The notes: generated by a model not told the origin, from the sequence alone. DNA of 49,495 nucleotides from Nemertoderma westbladi (GCA_032718475.1 JAUCBJ010002592.1:1-49495); one strand, 5' to 3'; counted from the first letter of the stretch, positions 1 to 13,589 are shown. Made by a program: numbers and translations.

Positions 1-1060
1 CCCCCTTAAGATATTTAGAATTTACAGAGACAAAGATAATAAAATTAATCAGCCTAATTTCGTTCTTGTAAGCGGATTCAATTCCGTGCATTACCCACCG
101 AAAATGGGAATAGTGGCATTTTACCAATATAGTTGGCAATGTGAGATTAGCAATAATAATCCCACCTCATAATCAACTGGGGGGGGGGGGGATACACGCC
201 GTATGCCACAGAGAGAGGTGAGAGGTCAAATCACCTCAGAGGGAGAAACCAGCTAGTGAGGCTAGCACCAAGGGGTAGCGCCAACAGGGCGTGGCGAAGT
301 GACAATTAGTACATAAGCCAATAGTGGGCAGGAAAGCACATTGGGGAGGGCAAGAGCGCATCCATTGGATATTAGAGGCCGCCCAGTAGTGTAGGGCTAA
401 AACCAACATGTGTTAATGATATAACTCTTGTAATTACTGATTATTAGTTAGTTGATTTCCTTACGGTTGTGAGACCAGAATAGTTTTTGACCGTCGTTGT
501 TACTGTTACTGTTTGTATTGCATATTATTATATTCAGACTGTGCTATCATCAATGCTGTGATTATCAATACTGACAACTAACTCCGTTGTTTTCTAACAG
601 CCTTTGGCCAAACATAGTTATCCAGCCGTCAGCCCAGCAGCCCAGCGACTCAACGACGCGTACAACCTACACCGGTCGGTATCCAGCACTGTCAACTCAC
701 TGGATACCGTCACAGTTCTGATCCCGCCTATGTGAAGAATATCATGTTTTCACTTTTCGGTCGACATTTTATTGGATTTTGATATATTAAGAATTTTTAT
801 TTCTTTAATTTATCTTTATTAAGTGTTCTATAGCACTTATTTCTGTCTTATAACCTGTACATATACTAATTAGTTTATTGCTTTGGTTAGATTAAGCCCT
901 TCTGTATCCTGTGTATTTGGTGAAAACCTTGTATTCTGCACATGGGGGTAACTGCAAAGTGAAATATAACAGCAGAAAGTCTGGTATTCTTCACATGGGC
1001 CTCTGATTCTAAACAAGTGTTCAAAATTTCAATTTAGATAATAATGTTCGGTTATCATTC

Positions 1061-1278
1061 ATATGCGTACCTGTGGCAAAAGGGCAGGTTACAGTGTCGG
1101 TGTTTTCTAACCAAACCAATAAACTAAACTAGACTAAACTTAATTAACGGAAAGGAGCAGGTTACAAGTGGCGGGCTTTTCCTAACCAAAACAATAAACA
1201 ATATCTCAATAACATAGGTTACTTCATACTTACAGTCTTATTTTTTTTGCAATACGAAAATACCACAGGTACGGATAT
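1061..1278. mobile_element. Small MITE-like element with ~16-bp TIRs
   Basis: ATATGCGTACCTGTGG at 1061 pairs with CCACAGGTACGGATAT ending at 1278 (15/16). A related copy lies in reverse orientation at ~41452-41580. Confidence 0.55.
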
Positions 1279-1469
1279 TAACTATATACTGTATAACTTA
1301 ATGGTCTAATTTAGATAAAACAATTTTAATTTCTTAGACAATAACTCCTCCCACCCCCCCCCCCACTCCTTAACACCAATCTGATGTTTATTTATTTATT
1401 ACAGTATTACGGAGTCTATTCATAAAGTTTTCGGTCTGGCCCAACCAAAAATTTTGACCCCGGACTGTC

Positions 1470-2130
1470 ACTGCCTATTTCTTTCTAATGTCGTCTGTAA
1501 CAGATGTATCCCAACCATCTTTTAACTTATATACTTCTTTCAGTATTTTGTTTTCCAATCACGATTAGGCAAGTCCGAGAAGGTCGTAGATTCTCGTTAT
1601 ATACAACATAGGCTCTTCTCGTGTGGATGTTAGCACCTGAATGTTGGAATTCGTACTCTAGATTATCTGTGAGTCTGTTCCAGGTGATACCTAACACGCG
1701 TTGTTCTGCCAGGTAATGTTTACGTGTAGTAAGGAGTTCTTCCTTGTTGGGGGGTCGGTTCATCTCCCTTTGTATCGACAGGTTATGGTGTTACGTCGGT
1801 CTTAGTTTTCATAAATTTCAGTGAGCTGGAAATAAACTTGGACAGATTGATGCATGTTCTCCTAGGATTTTCTTGACTTATCGTGCAGTGCAATAATTCC
1901 CTGTACTTTATTCTCTGACGCCATGCCGTCATCCATGTAGAAACCTTTTAGTATCACTAGTATGGCCTCGGCACTGAATGTTCCTTGTTTATCCTCAGCT
2001 GTTTTCTGGATAGCGGGGTATTTGTGTAGGATGAACATTTTTTTTTGATGCCATGTTCTGCAATATCATTTTGTATGTGGGGATGTTTCTTGGTTCTGTT
2101 TCTCCTTCATACCTTAGAAATCACTGACTG
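1470..2130 (-). pseudogene. Bel/Pao LTR retrotransposon RT / RNase H-start fragment (3' part of a split pol)
   Basis: Minus strand reads ILKGFYMDDGM (RT YxDD, ~1920-1955) and RVLGITWNRLTDNL (Pao LGxxW motif, ORF 1527-1763). Stops and frameshifts are present. Confidence 0.75.
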
Positions 2131-2288
2131 TTGCTGTTATGTCCGGATGGACGTACTGTACATATAGAATGGGTTTCTTGCTGATAATCATAAATCATCT
2201 ATATGTGTAATATCAGAATAATACATATAACAAGAACATCAGTACCGGTATGGCAGTATAATGTACTGCACTGTATATTATTACTGTG

Positions 2289-2371
2289 TATTAATATTGT
2301 CTTAGTATTGCACCCTCGCACTCTATACAGTGTATAGAGTGCGAGGGTGCAATATTAAGACAATATTAATA
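2289..2371. repeat. 41-bp-arm hairpin with 1-nt loop
   Basis: TATTAATATTGTCTTAGTATTGCACCCTCGCACTCTATACA-G-TGTATAGAGTGCGAGGGTGCAATATTAAGACAATATTAATA, one mismatch between arms. Confidence 0.9.
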
Positions 2372-2565
2372 GCAATATTAATATTAATACAAGCACAAGA
2401 TACTGTGTAATATCTACAGTATATCCCGCAACCAGTACTATATATATATAGATACAACAAAACTCCTTTTCTCTTTTTTTTATTTATTTTTTAATTCAAA
2501 CAGCAGAACTGACTTTCAGTCTATCGCTGCGTCGCAATACAGGGTTATCGCAACTACTTTCACTT

Positions 2566-3060
2566 TCAGTTCCCACCACCCGCAAAGGATATTTGGTTTA
2601 GTCTAATGAAGCGGCGGTTTCGCCAATATGTCCTACCAGATATTGTTTTTACTAAGTAATCGCGTTTCGTTCCAACCCCCACTATATACCCTAGCATATC
2701 CCACCTTTTTGTCTTTGGGCTTTGTATTCGCACCTTCTCTCCAACAAGCAGTGGTTTTAGAGGTTTTGCTCCTTGATTGTAATATGTTTCAGATTTGTAC
2801 AGTTTTTCTTCAATGTCCATTTTATCGAATATGGTTTGCCAGTTGTTGGAGACAGCCCAGTGTTGCGTAGGTATTCATGATTGAAGGTTATGTCCATAAA
2901 CTACTTCGTTTGGTGACACTCCGTTGCTTTTAGGCGTATTACGGAATTCCAATAATGCCTCTTGGAATTCCTCAGAATTTGTTCTAAATAATTTAGACAA
3001 CGACTTTGTTGATTTCACAGACGATTCCGCATGTCCGTTGCTTTGGGGGTAGTGCGGTGG
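2566..3060 (-). pseudogene. Gypsy integrase C-terminal part
   Basis: PHYPQSNGHAES (integrase catalytic E region), ALLEFRNTP..SPNE and LLVGEKVRI..W..G..RDYLVKT..GRTYWRNRRFIR are typical Ty3/Gypsy integrase motifs. Confidence 0.8.
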
Positions 3061-3289
3061 GAACTGTTTATGGACCAGGTTAGTTCGTCACATGCGTTGA
3101 ATGATATGTAGCAACGATTTTTTGGGATATCTTTGCAGAATCTAACATTCTTGAAAGTTGAAGCGCCTGTATTAATTATAAGTTTATTATTACATATACT
3201 ATTACATATTATTACACTTATATTACAAGTTTAATTATTCCCAAATTTTGTATTGCCCTATGGTTAATCGCCTCAGCAGCTTTAGGTGC

Positions 3290-4250
3290 TGATGACAGGT
3301 CTTGGGTGGAGAATTTAAACTTTCGTAGGACCCCAGACCCTGCCACCCTACATTCCGCCCCAGTATCGACAATAACTTCCAATGTCCCGAAATACTCATC
3401 GTTTGGGGTTAAGAAAAGGATTGGAAGTATAGGTCAGTCGTCTCTGTCGTCGTCGACGCCGCCCAGGTGTACGGTGTACGGTGTTACGTGTAACACCAGA
3501 CGTGGAAGTACGCGGTTGTGATTTACAAACACGGTCGAAATGTCCCTTTTTGTGGCATTTTTTACAGGTAACATTCACCGCTCTGCAAGGAGGATTGGTA
3601 GAGTTGTGTGGCGACGTTTCACTATACTTAAAACACAATTTATCTGTGGTTTTTTCCTTACTGGTGTTTCTTTGGTTCTTTTCCCTGACTTGGTGATTTT
3701 GCTTTGGACTTATTATACTTATTGAGTCCTCTGTTGGCATTTATTGAGATTCCTTTTGAAGCTGATCGAAGTCGAGCTTCGTCCTCTGCCATCTCCCAAT
3801 TTCGGTTTCCAAGTTTCAGCAAGGTTAAGTGCCAGCTTTTTAGTGATTAATTTTTGTGCACTTCCTCATCCCTAATGCCGCAAACGATGAGTGTAGCAAG
3901 CCAGTCATTGTGTGTCATTGTTTGTAGTTCGGCATCATCTGCGAGTTCATCGCGAGTTTTGAATATAGAAATCGTCTATAGTCTCTCCCTCCTCTTGGGG
4001 CCACCGAACGAAGCATTAATGGTTCACAGCTACATTTCGCCAGGATTTCAGGTACTCGTGTATTCTCCCGATGTCAATGTTCAAAGGGAAGTCAGTATCT
4101 AGAGGAATTTCTATGATGCAGTTTATCTGTTGGAGAAATTCCAGTGTGCAGAATGTCCAAAATGTCGAAACCTGTTCTATACACTGTTTGTCACCCAACT
4201 TGACAACTTGTGCTCAATTTTTCCACGCCGTCTCCCACCGTCTCTAATGA
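3290..4250 (-). pseudogene. Gypsy gag and aspartic protease remnant
   Basis: CRAVNVTCKKCHKKGHFDRVC (CCHC knuckle, ORF 3396-3740), followed in another frame by EVIVDTGAE (protease active site, ~3355-3382). Confidence 0.75.
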
Positions 4251-4437
4251 GATGTTAAGAGTGGCGAAATAAGCTTTAAGATCGAGCCGAGTAAGTAATG
4301 CAGGATCGTCAGTGGTAAGACTGAGGATATCATCCCTTGTGAACCGTGAGGAATCCTCCTCGTCGTCGCTTATAATAATAATCTAATAGTAATATCTATA
4401 GTATATCCCGCAACCAGTACTGTATATAGATACATCA

Positions 4438-5430
4438 CAGTTGCCGTCTTCTTTGGTGACATTTACCATGTTGAACATAGCCTTGATGTTGCATATAAAT
4501 ATGAGTTTTCCATATCGGAGGAGTAGAACGACCTTATACCTATATTGTAGATATTTGGTCCTTCGAGTAGGAAGTCATTTAAGGATTTCCCTTTTGCCTT
4601 TGATGCTGCATTGACAACCATTCTTATTTGTTTCCTTTCCTTTTATCGACCACGACATGTAGTGGTAAGTAGTATGTGTAGTCTGAATCCGGTTCCTCAT
4701 GAGGTAGTTTAATAGCCCATCCTCTGTCGATATACTTTTTTTGTATTGCCCTTTGGAGGTATGCCACTTTATCAAGGTTTTTCTAGAGTTAGTCTATTTA
4801 CTACCATTTGCCTATTATTTGGTAGGAGTTTCTTTGGTTGTTTCCAAAGCATTCTGATTGTATATTTTCAACCGTCGAATTTTAGCGTCAAATTTATGCA
4901 TCTTCTGCATATTTATTTTGTATGGATAGCCCCTGTTTTAGGCTATGTAATTTACTGTAGTCTTGAACAATGAGTATTTTTAGTTGTTCTTCTGTTTCAT
5001 CTGCTTCATTGATGGTTGCAGACATTTTACATCCTGATGCAGTGTGTTGTACATCTTATTGTGTCCGTTAGTGTGTATCAGTTCACTAAGATACCACCCG
5101 AATGGTGTCTGTATTGCGATTGGCTCTTGTGATTGATTCGGTCCATATGTGACTGTGAAGAGCTGGTGTTCTGTGGGGCAGTCCATACCGAGTATGGTTG
5201 TGACTCTTGGTATGTCCAGTTTCGGTATCGAGAAATCAATGTTATTGAGGTGTTCATATTGAGCTGTTTCTACATGTGATTATCACCTTGTATTGATGTT
5301 TATTCATCCTGTGAATCTTATAGGGTTGCAGTGGATGTTAAAGTCGCATCTGTGTCGAATTCCTTTTATTGCACATTGGCCCGTTTCGATTTTTATTGGT
5401 TCATCCTTAGTGGTGATTGTGGTTACAACC
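4438..5430 (-). pseudogene. Bel/Pao protease C-terminus / RT N-terminus fragment (5' part of the split pol)
   Basis: IAIQTPFGWYLS (Pao TxxGW motif) and ICNIKAMFNMVNVTKEDG (Pao DIxxMFxQV motif) end exactly at the Gypsy boundary. Confidence 0.7.
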
Positions 5431-6089
5431 ATCCCGGGTTGAGAATCTTATCATATTAGTAAAGTACTACATAATGGCAAGTTACTGGCATGATAATTTT
5501 ACTAAAATTTTACAATTACCACATTTTGCATTATTTGTTAAGGAATTAAAAAATACTTGCCAAGTACAGTATAGATTTTAAGACATATTTGGGTGGGCAC
5601 TAATCATGCAATGCACTTACCAAATTCTTAACAAATTTTGTATACCTAGAATATAATTTTGGTGACTTTATAACTTGACAAACATTTCATAAGAACTTTA
5701 GTGGTGCTTGACACGCATTGCAATAAAAATCAGTCACATGATTCATCGCCAATAAATGACTCATTCAGTCATTTTGTGGTTAGTAGGCATACTGCAGAGT
5801 TGCGTTTATTGAGTTTTCTTTATTTACGTTTAATTGTTTAATGAGTTTTGCTTACTTTAATAAATAGTGTATTTGCGATTTGTTACTTTAATTTATACTG
5901 GTAAGACTGTAGTTGTATTGCTGTTTGTTTACTTTACTTCAATTAAATTGTTTATTGTATTTCGTACTCTTTAATTCTGTTTTTTTTTAAACTATACTAT
6001 TCTAGAGTATTTATTTATAAAATTATTATTATATTAATTAAAATTATTATAGATAATATTCGGATATTATGTAAATAAATTTAATTAAA

Positions 6090-6663
6090 CAGTTTCTAAT
6101 TCTAATTCAAAAAGTTTTATTAAAATCCCAGACAGTTTAGTACTTTCCTTTGCGATTCCAAGATCATAACAATAGAGTAGAAACTCATCCCTTGGCTGTG
6201 TGTGTGGTAGTAGCTGCATTGTTTAGAGCTTCTTAAATGTCGTAGTCTGTCTCGATGATGTCGTAGAGGGAGAGTCTATGGTCCCCAGTATGGAGGCGGC
6301 ATTCCCGATTAATATCGCGATTAGGATCCGTTGTAGGAGGAATCGGTGTGATCTGGGCTCCATGGTAACGGCGTGGATCCTCTGGCCTATTTCCTTGACG
6401 AAGCTGGTGGTTTCAGGGCCGGGCTGTCCAAACGTTTCAAATGCCACCGGGTGAAATATATAGCCCCTTTTCACAAGCTCCTCGTATTTTTTCGATTTCG
6501 ATGCCTCTGCCTCAGCCGCCACTCGTCCACCAGCGGAATGGCTTGTAGCGCGGTGACTGGGTGCAAGCGGGTCCCATATGGTGGCATCCCAGGCGAGCAG
6601 GTGACCATGACTCCACGGGACAAGGGTAACACCATCCACCCGTTTACTGCTCCCATCTCTACA
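6090..6663 (-). mobile_element. CRE-clade non-LTR retrotransposon, 3' part: restriction-like endonuclease and 3' UTR
   Basis: KRVDGVTLVPWSHGHLLAWDAT..DPLAPSH..KSKKY..FHPVAFETFG..LLQRILIAILIGNAASILGT (ORF 6223-6720) is the CRE RLE C-terminus. It joins in frame to EPPGLSRDG at ~15925. AATAAA on minus at ~6120. Confidence 0.85.
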
Positions 6664-6930
6664 GGAAGCAGGACAATTTGGTCCGGACAATTCGGTCCTG
6701 GACAATTCGGTCCCGGACAATTTGGTCCGGACAATTCGGTCCTGGACAATTCGGTCCCGGACAATTCGGTCCCATTAATTTTGTGTTTTGGGACCGAATT
6801 GTCCCGGACCGAATTGTCCGGGACCGAATTGTCCAGATACTGATTAGGACAATTCGGTCCCAAAACATGCATATTAATGGGACCGAATTGTCCGGGTCGA
6901 ATTGTTCGGGACCGAATTGTCCGGGACCAA
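6664..6930. repeat. 15-bp tandem/inverted repeat GGACAATTCGGTCCY (left foldback arm)
   Basis: About 7 direct copies, then inverted copies GGACCGAATTGTCC. The same unit occurs at 15817-15924. Confidence 0.9.
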
Positions 6931-7786
6931 ATTTAATTGGTACTATATAATGGTCAATGTTCTAGAACCTTAATATATATTATTATATCGTAGCTAGTGT
7001 TGTTTTTACTAGCTAGTATTTTTTTGAGAATAAAAAATTTTTTTTGTTAACATTATTAGTTATGGTAGCTATGGTGTTTTTATGGAGCTTGTGAATTATC
7101 TACTAGCTAGTAATAGTACTGTAGGTATTTAAAATGTTTAAAACTGTTTTTTTTACTGTATATTGCGTATGTACTGTATACTCTACACTGTAAAAAAAAT
7201 AAGCCTGTTACCATAAAACTTTTGCACATTTTCTTGCTTATTGACTTTTGAGAATTATACCTGTAACTAATTGTGGTGTAATTACAGATAAATCTATACG
7301 TTCTGCCGTAAATACTTCTAGGTGAAACCCAATTATCTGGTATTAACATTTGGTCTTACATTATATGAAACAAGTTTTTACCTGAATTATTTTATAATAC
7401 TAAATATACTAAATAGTAATTATTTTATTTAAAAATAATATTGAAATAATATTGCATTTAAAAAGTAGATTGTTAAACTAGATAAATACAATTTGCAAAA
7501 TCCAAAATTAAACGAGATAAATCCAATTTGCAAAATAAAAATGTATATCATGAATATTGAATTTGAACAATCAGTTGAAGAAAAGTTTTGCATTTATACA
7601 AAATCTGCAGACTACAGTAGAAATATATTTATTTATGAATAATTTCGAAATCATAAAGATGGGCGACTCAAACTGTCACTATTAATCTAATAATAAAATG
7701 AAACTACGACTACAGTACTACTACTGTACTTACTTATATTTTCATTATTAGTCCAATGAATGATTAGATATTATTATGAATTTCAT

Positions 7787-10541
7787 TCAAAACGCACTGT
7801 AGAGTTTGCTACGTAAACGCCTTGCTCTGGCGTTTTTAGATTGTACGCCAACAACCATGGAAGCGAGAAATTCCAGATATTCATCGGGAAATGAATAATT
7901 CATTGCGTAGATGAACCCAATGGTGAAAAGGAGTGCGTCAGCTAAATCGGTGTGAACAATGATCTGTTTCCCTTCAACAATTACAATAACCTCTTCTATT
8001 TCCGTCATTTGTTGGTGATGCACAACATTTATCTTAATGAATCCACTCGAATCTAGTTCGGAAATATCCTGCTCCTCTGGAGCACTACTGGCCTGCGCCT
8101 AGGAAAACGAAAACAATTTTCAAATTTTGAACTTAAAAATGCTTCGCGCTTGTCTGGGGGGGGGGGGGGGGGGGTACTGGTTTTGAAATTTAAATTTAAT
8201 ATTTTTGGTTTTTCATCTCATCTAGAGCAGATTTGTGATCCGCGGTTGGCCCCACAACCACCACCCCCCCTCCCCCCCCCCCCCGCCCCACACCCCCACT
8301 AGATTGTCTGTCTCTCAGGCCACGATAGTCTAAATAATTACATAATATAATAGCGAATATACTTTCATACCTCTAAATCCACATGAGGTGGTGTAGGCTG
8401 TGATTCAGTCGCAAAAACCGTGGGCACGGGTATATCAGCCATTTGGTTGTTTGTCAAATCATTCTCCTATATTAAAAATGGGTTGTATTCTTGAATTGGT
8501 TTATTTATATTTATATGTGATATTTGTGATATTTGTGGTAATAATTATTTATACATCAAGGGTTAATAGGAAAAAAATGGAATTTGTTTTATCATGTTCT
8601 ACTACTACTAGGTCGAGCAAACTTGGACAGTGAAAATGAGATCCTGAAAATGAGAACCCGCATTGGCGAAAGTATCTGATAAAAATATAGATATCGTCCT
8701 CACTGGTGACTTCAATGTTAACTTAAACAAAATGACATCAGAAAGTGCACGATACTTACAGATACTTTCATCATACGGATTTTCCCAATTAATAAAACAA
8801 CCCACTCGAATTGTACACGGTGCTAATTCAACGCTTGACCATATTATTACTAATATTACGAATGATTTTACTACTGCCGGCGTTTTTTTTATCAGAAATT
8901 GGCACAACAGACCACCTTGGAACATTTGCGTTATTTCATAATTATTCTGCTTTTTTCAAACAACCCAATACTAAAATGTGCTATGATTATAGCAAATTTA
9001 ACTTAAATAGTTTTTTGCTCGACCTTTCATTACCACCTCTCGCAGCTTACCGATCACATAATATACCGACAGATAAAAAATTTGACACATTTTACATGAT
9101 TCAAATTAAAATAAAACAAAACAAAGTCAACCGGTCTACTCGATAATCAGCGTTTACTTACCGGACAATAATACGAAATTACTGATGAGTCAAAAAACTC
9201 CGACAGCCCAACCAACACTTGAGTAAGTGGAGAGTGATCTCTCCACTGACTCAATATTATCCCGTCTTGATTTCGGGGTAGACACCTTGAATATCTTTGA
9301 GAGGTTTGAGAGATGGCACGTTATATTAACCCATTCCAGTTTAACGTTGGTTAACAGGAAGAATTCGTGAGAAATCTGCAAGATAAATGGAAATAATAAT
9401 ATAAAGTAATTACCGGATAAAAAATATCCCTAACAAACAACGTCATAAAAATTAATTAAATAATGAGAAACTAAAACACTAACAGTAAGGCACTGGATTA
9501 AGGGGGGTGTGGGGTGGGGGGGTTATTTGTGTGGCCAATAAAATATTAACATAAATAAGCTGGCACTTTCAATGTAGCTGAAATGTAGATAATGAATTAT
9601 ATTATAATCATATCACAATAACGATATTAATATATTTAACTAACCTCGTCATTTTGACGAAGGGAGGGCCACTTAATTAGAATTTCTTCCAAACGTAAAA
9701 TTCCATTCGTTACATCTTTGCGGCGTTCAGCATATGAGTCGACCTCGTCACTACAAGCTGTGACATCATGTATAGTGTCTGATGCATTGCGCACCTCTGG
9801 CGCTTTTTCTGGTAAAAAATTCACGACACCATGACGTGCTTTCTTTATGGATTTATGGGTGCTACCTTTCTTCTTACCAGAATTAATCTTTACTTCTAGG
9901 GCTCCTAGCTGAGACATTTTGCGTCGATAATCGGACATACGCGATTGAATTTTATAAACCCAGATCTCGTATCCCGATTTATCAAGTCGATCCTTAGACC
10001 TTAGAGCCGGATACCTCTCCACAAGTTGACGGGCTGCATCATTAAATAAAGACAATGTGGGGTATGGGGTTAAGCGATATAGCTTTTTAGCAATTGGACC
10101 CAATATATCCCCTTTGATTTTTTTTAATTTTTGTAGTTCTGATATCTCAGTAATGTTTGATATTGCATGTTGAACATCAAGGTCGAATTCAGGCAAAACA
10201 AATGAGACAGAATGATGATTATTGCGAAAGTTGAGACTGTTTTGGGCACTTGTAGAAGGTAGATCAGGTGAATTAAAGAACATACTGACGTCAAATTGTG
10301 ATGTAGGCTCAATGCCTTCACTGGTGCTTCCACTGTTACTGGTTTCCATAGTTCCAGATTTTTCCTTTTGAATTGCATGTTTGAGTAACAGCTCCTGTCC
10401 TCTGACTAAATTGAGCCTATCACCATCATCACTATCCAGCAATGACAGTACAAATCTGCTGTTTACGCCGAATTCATTAAGAGATTTAATAGTTTCTTGT
10501 GTAAATGAGTATGAACTCAAATAGTTTTCCCAGTCACTCAT
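7787..10541 (-). pseudogene. EnSpm ORF2, SAM-domain / SAMD3-like protein, multi-exon
   Basis: N-terminal SAM-like segment (LNLVRGQELLL) and YPT..AARQLVERYPAL..GYEIW..YR motif (ORF 9636-10541). Probable further exons at ~9160-9381 (one stop; GTAAGT donor) and 7787-8100 (ALLFTIGFIYAMNYSFP). Exon structure is inferred. Confidence 0.65.
8600..9146 (+). pseudogene. LINE (L2/CR1-like) AP-endonuclease fragment inside an EnSpm ORF2 intron
   Basis: IVLTGDFNVNL, QLIKQPTR, STLDHIITN and TDH motifs of EEP/APE domains. Frameshifted between ORFs 8663-8941 and 8811-9146. Confidence 0.8.
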
Positions 10542-10651
10542 AATACTTGATTCTCGTAAAGTATAAATAAGATTTACACATACAATTTACAGATTAACAT
10601 ATACATACAGTATATCGGCCAATGCCAATATGACTTACAAATGCGAACAAT

Positions 10652-13304
10652 CTACCAAATGCTAAATTTCAGAGGTACGTACACTTTCGAGCTTAAAACA
10701 CTATTGTAGGCAGACAATGGATAATAATTCACAGTTTTGTCAGATAGAATGTCAACAAAATAATAACTATTAAATGTAGTGATTTGATTCAGACCAAGTT
10801 CTTCATGAATTTCTGAATTGTATTTTTCACAAAGGAAAGATGGTGTCCCCTCACGGCCATCTGTATGGAAACTCGAAAAAATATGCAAAATGTCATAAAA
10901 TGATTCAGCAATGTCCACCAACCAATCGTGCTTATGGTACATAATGTCATTGATAGCAACCGAATCACTGACAAGGCATTGTTCATGGTCATCCGCAAAT
11001 GCGCTTGTAAGAAGTAAGCTGACTGCATTTGGCTCGAGCAGTAAATCTTCAATACCTACTGAGTGGAGATTTGTATAAAAAACTGCTTCACCATTTATGA
11101 AAGTCTTTGTCTCTAAGTGGTATGTAACACTTAACTGGTGATTGGTTATCATCGTTTTTATAGGATTCTTAAAGTTCTGGGCTTTGCGAATAGTTTTCTT
11201 AAAGAAATAGTGTTTCGACTCATTCCGAAATACAGCATACTGGCACAATGGACCGTACCGAAGTATGAGCTCTGGATAATGATCCAAGAAATGGTGCTTT
11301 GGCTTTATAGATTCGCCAGGAAAGCAATGAATATAAAGTAACTTATGATCACGAATAAGTGAACTCAGTATTACAAGACTTCTTTGAGTTACATTAGTTG
11401 AAAAAACTCTCTCCATAATTTATCTGAGGGACAAAATAACATCCCATAATGGACTTATAAATTCAACAATTTTATGTTCAAAAATAACTGGAAATAACTT
11501 CAATAATGTTCGAATTTCAGCTGCAGTACCTGGAAATATGGTTGTAGTGGTTGTGAGTGATGAGTATGGTATATTTATTTTGTCACGTGTGTTGTATCTA
11601 AAGCCATTTATTAGTTAATTTATTTCAACCAAGGAGAGCCCATTCATGGATCTTGAAATTGCTTTGAAAACTAGTGCAAGCTCCAGTGGAGCAATTCCCT
11701 CCAGAATATCATGCATCGGATCTGGAGGAAGTGAGATGGTAGCATTAAATGATGAAAGTTTGTTAAAGGGGCATTCAGACATTACACCATAAGTTTCTGT
11801 ATCTTGTGCTAGCTGCAGACTGTACATTTCTGCAGTCCTGAACACAAAGTTAATTTCAGAACTAATATCCTGAATATCAAAATTTCGTGCCATGCAGTAC
11901 CTGCATGGATACAACACATTGGGACTAAAGCATTCGTTAAACCCACCAATCATATGAGCTCCCAGATTATCTGAAGATAGATGTAGTATTCCAACTCTAA
12001 TGTTTTTTAAGAAACCATTCTCAAGTTTTATTAGGTCATTGACAAGAGGTTCAAGAACAGTTTCCATACCATACAGTTTTAGAAGGGTTGACCTGAACAT
12101 GAGGGCAATCTGAATTGATTTCATAGACGACCGAAACTGAACAGGTAAATTAAGTAAACTCCAGTAAATGACAGCCATTTTATTTTTTTTACGGGTTGTT
12201 CCAAGTGGATTAGTTATACCAAATTCGTCAAAATATAAAGAAATTACGATTAGGCCATGAGGAGAACGGCACTGAAAAAATGCATTTTCCTGGAAGTACT
12301 GGCCCGTTTAGAAATTACAAGTTTTGAATGAAACAGAACCACATTCCTTTGGTGCAATCACGTTAATATGCTTTGCCACTGCTTCATCACTTAGAAAAAG
12401 TTGCAACATTTCTGATACAGGAATGAAGTAGTATGTTCTGTAAGACTTACTCCTAGTACGAGTAGTACTATCATTGAGAACTATTTCTTGAGGGGGGACA
12501 TATAGACAGTTCTCTTTGATATAATTTTTCCAGCGATAACAAGTTGATAAGTTAGTTGGTATTTCACCAGTACTCGATGGTATTCTACCTTCTGGAACAG
12601 AAGAACATTGGGTATATATTGGAAAACTCGACTTAAGTTTGCTCATATTATCTTCGTCGAGTTTAAGATAATTTTGCAACGAAGAAAATGACGCTGCAAT
12701 GAGTTCATTAATATCATTAATCATGGCCATGATATTAGATTCTGCTATGTTATATATTAGATTACATTTCAGCAAAAACAATGCCAGTTGTTTCGTGGTA
12801 TTGTCCTTGATAATCGAAATGCCGTCAGCATTTTCCATGTTTTCATTACCTGTGTTACCCCTCAGATTTTCAGGAACATCTTCAATGTCAAGTAAGTAAA
12901 TGGATTTTAAACATTGCACTGCATTATCAGAAATGTAACCACTGTGATATTTCGATATATGGGAAGAAAAATTGTTTTTGTCTTCTGAGCTGTAACTACA
13001 AAGCTTAAAAAAACTCCATCTTATTCACACCACAACGATTTGATACAACATGATGTCTCAGATCTTTTATAAAAACAAACTGTGAATTGCAAATGGCACA
13101 TACAATTTGATGGCGAGTCCCAGAAAGTTGATGCAATGAAAAATGGGTCTGCAGGATTTTTAAACTGCGGCATTTAAAAGAACACGAGATTTCATAACAA
13201 GGAAACGATACGGTTGACGCCAAAGCGTGGTGAACTATTCGATAGTGACTCAACAATGAAGACTCTGGTGAAATGACTCGTGAACATAGTTTACAAACTG
13301 GCAT
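10652..13304 (-). pseudogene. EnSpm/CACTA transposase with N-terminal C2H2 zinc fingers, broken by stops and frameshifts
   Basis: C2H2 fingers (CKLC..HYRIVH), LYFDEFGITNPLG, SSDNLGAHMIGGF, CRYC, PPDPMHDILEG, KPKHHFLDHYP..YGPL and FRNESKH, spread over four ORF pieces. Confidence 0.85.
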
Positions 13305-13589
13305 TGTGCAACAATATATCAAAATAATAATTATTATCAAAATCAATAGATTAGCTAACCTCATATTACATAAATAAATTGTTTGATTTAATAATATCAA
13401 GGTTGCATTATTTTGTTAACATTCAATAAAATTAAAGTTTGAAATTAAAGTAAACAAACTATGTACATACTATATATGTACATACTACTGTGTATAGGAA
13501 AGGAACTGTACGGTGGCCCACCATATTATGTTCAAGTCTGCTGACTAGAGACATTTCACAGTGACGTACTGGTATAAAACCATTAAGAA

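Larger units (their letters stand above)
2132..4437 (-). mobile_element. Internally deleted Gypsy/Ty3 LTR element inserted in the Bel/Pao pol
   Basis: Gag zinc knuckle, protease DTG and integrase C-terminus are present but no RT. A ~50-bp LTR-start sequence is shared by 2406-2459 and 4389-4437. A polypurine tract (AAAAAAAGAGAAAAGGAG on minus) abuts 2459. The left boundary is approximate. Confidence 0.7.

Noticed and set aside
1-720. Possible LTR or promoter (CCAAT boxes, GC-richer tract)
   Set aside because: No second copy, termini or TSD are visible in the window.
6373-6950. Overlapping ORFs with GQFGP, DNSVP and GPNCP repeats
   Set aside because: These are translations of the 15-bp foldback repeat, not proteins.
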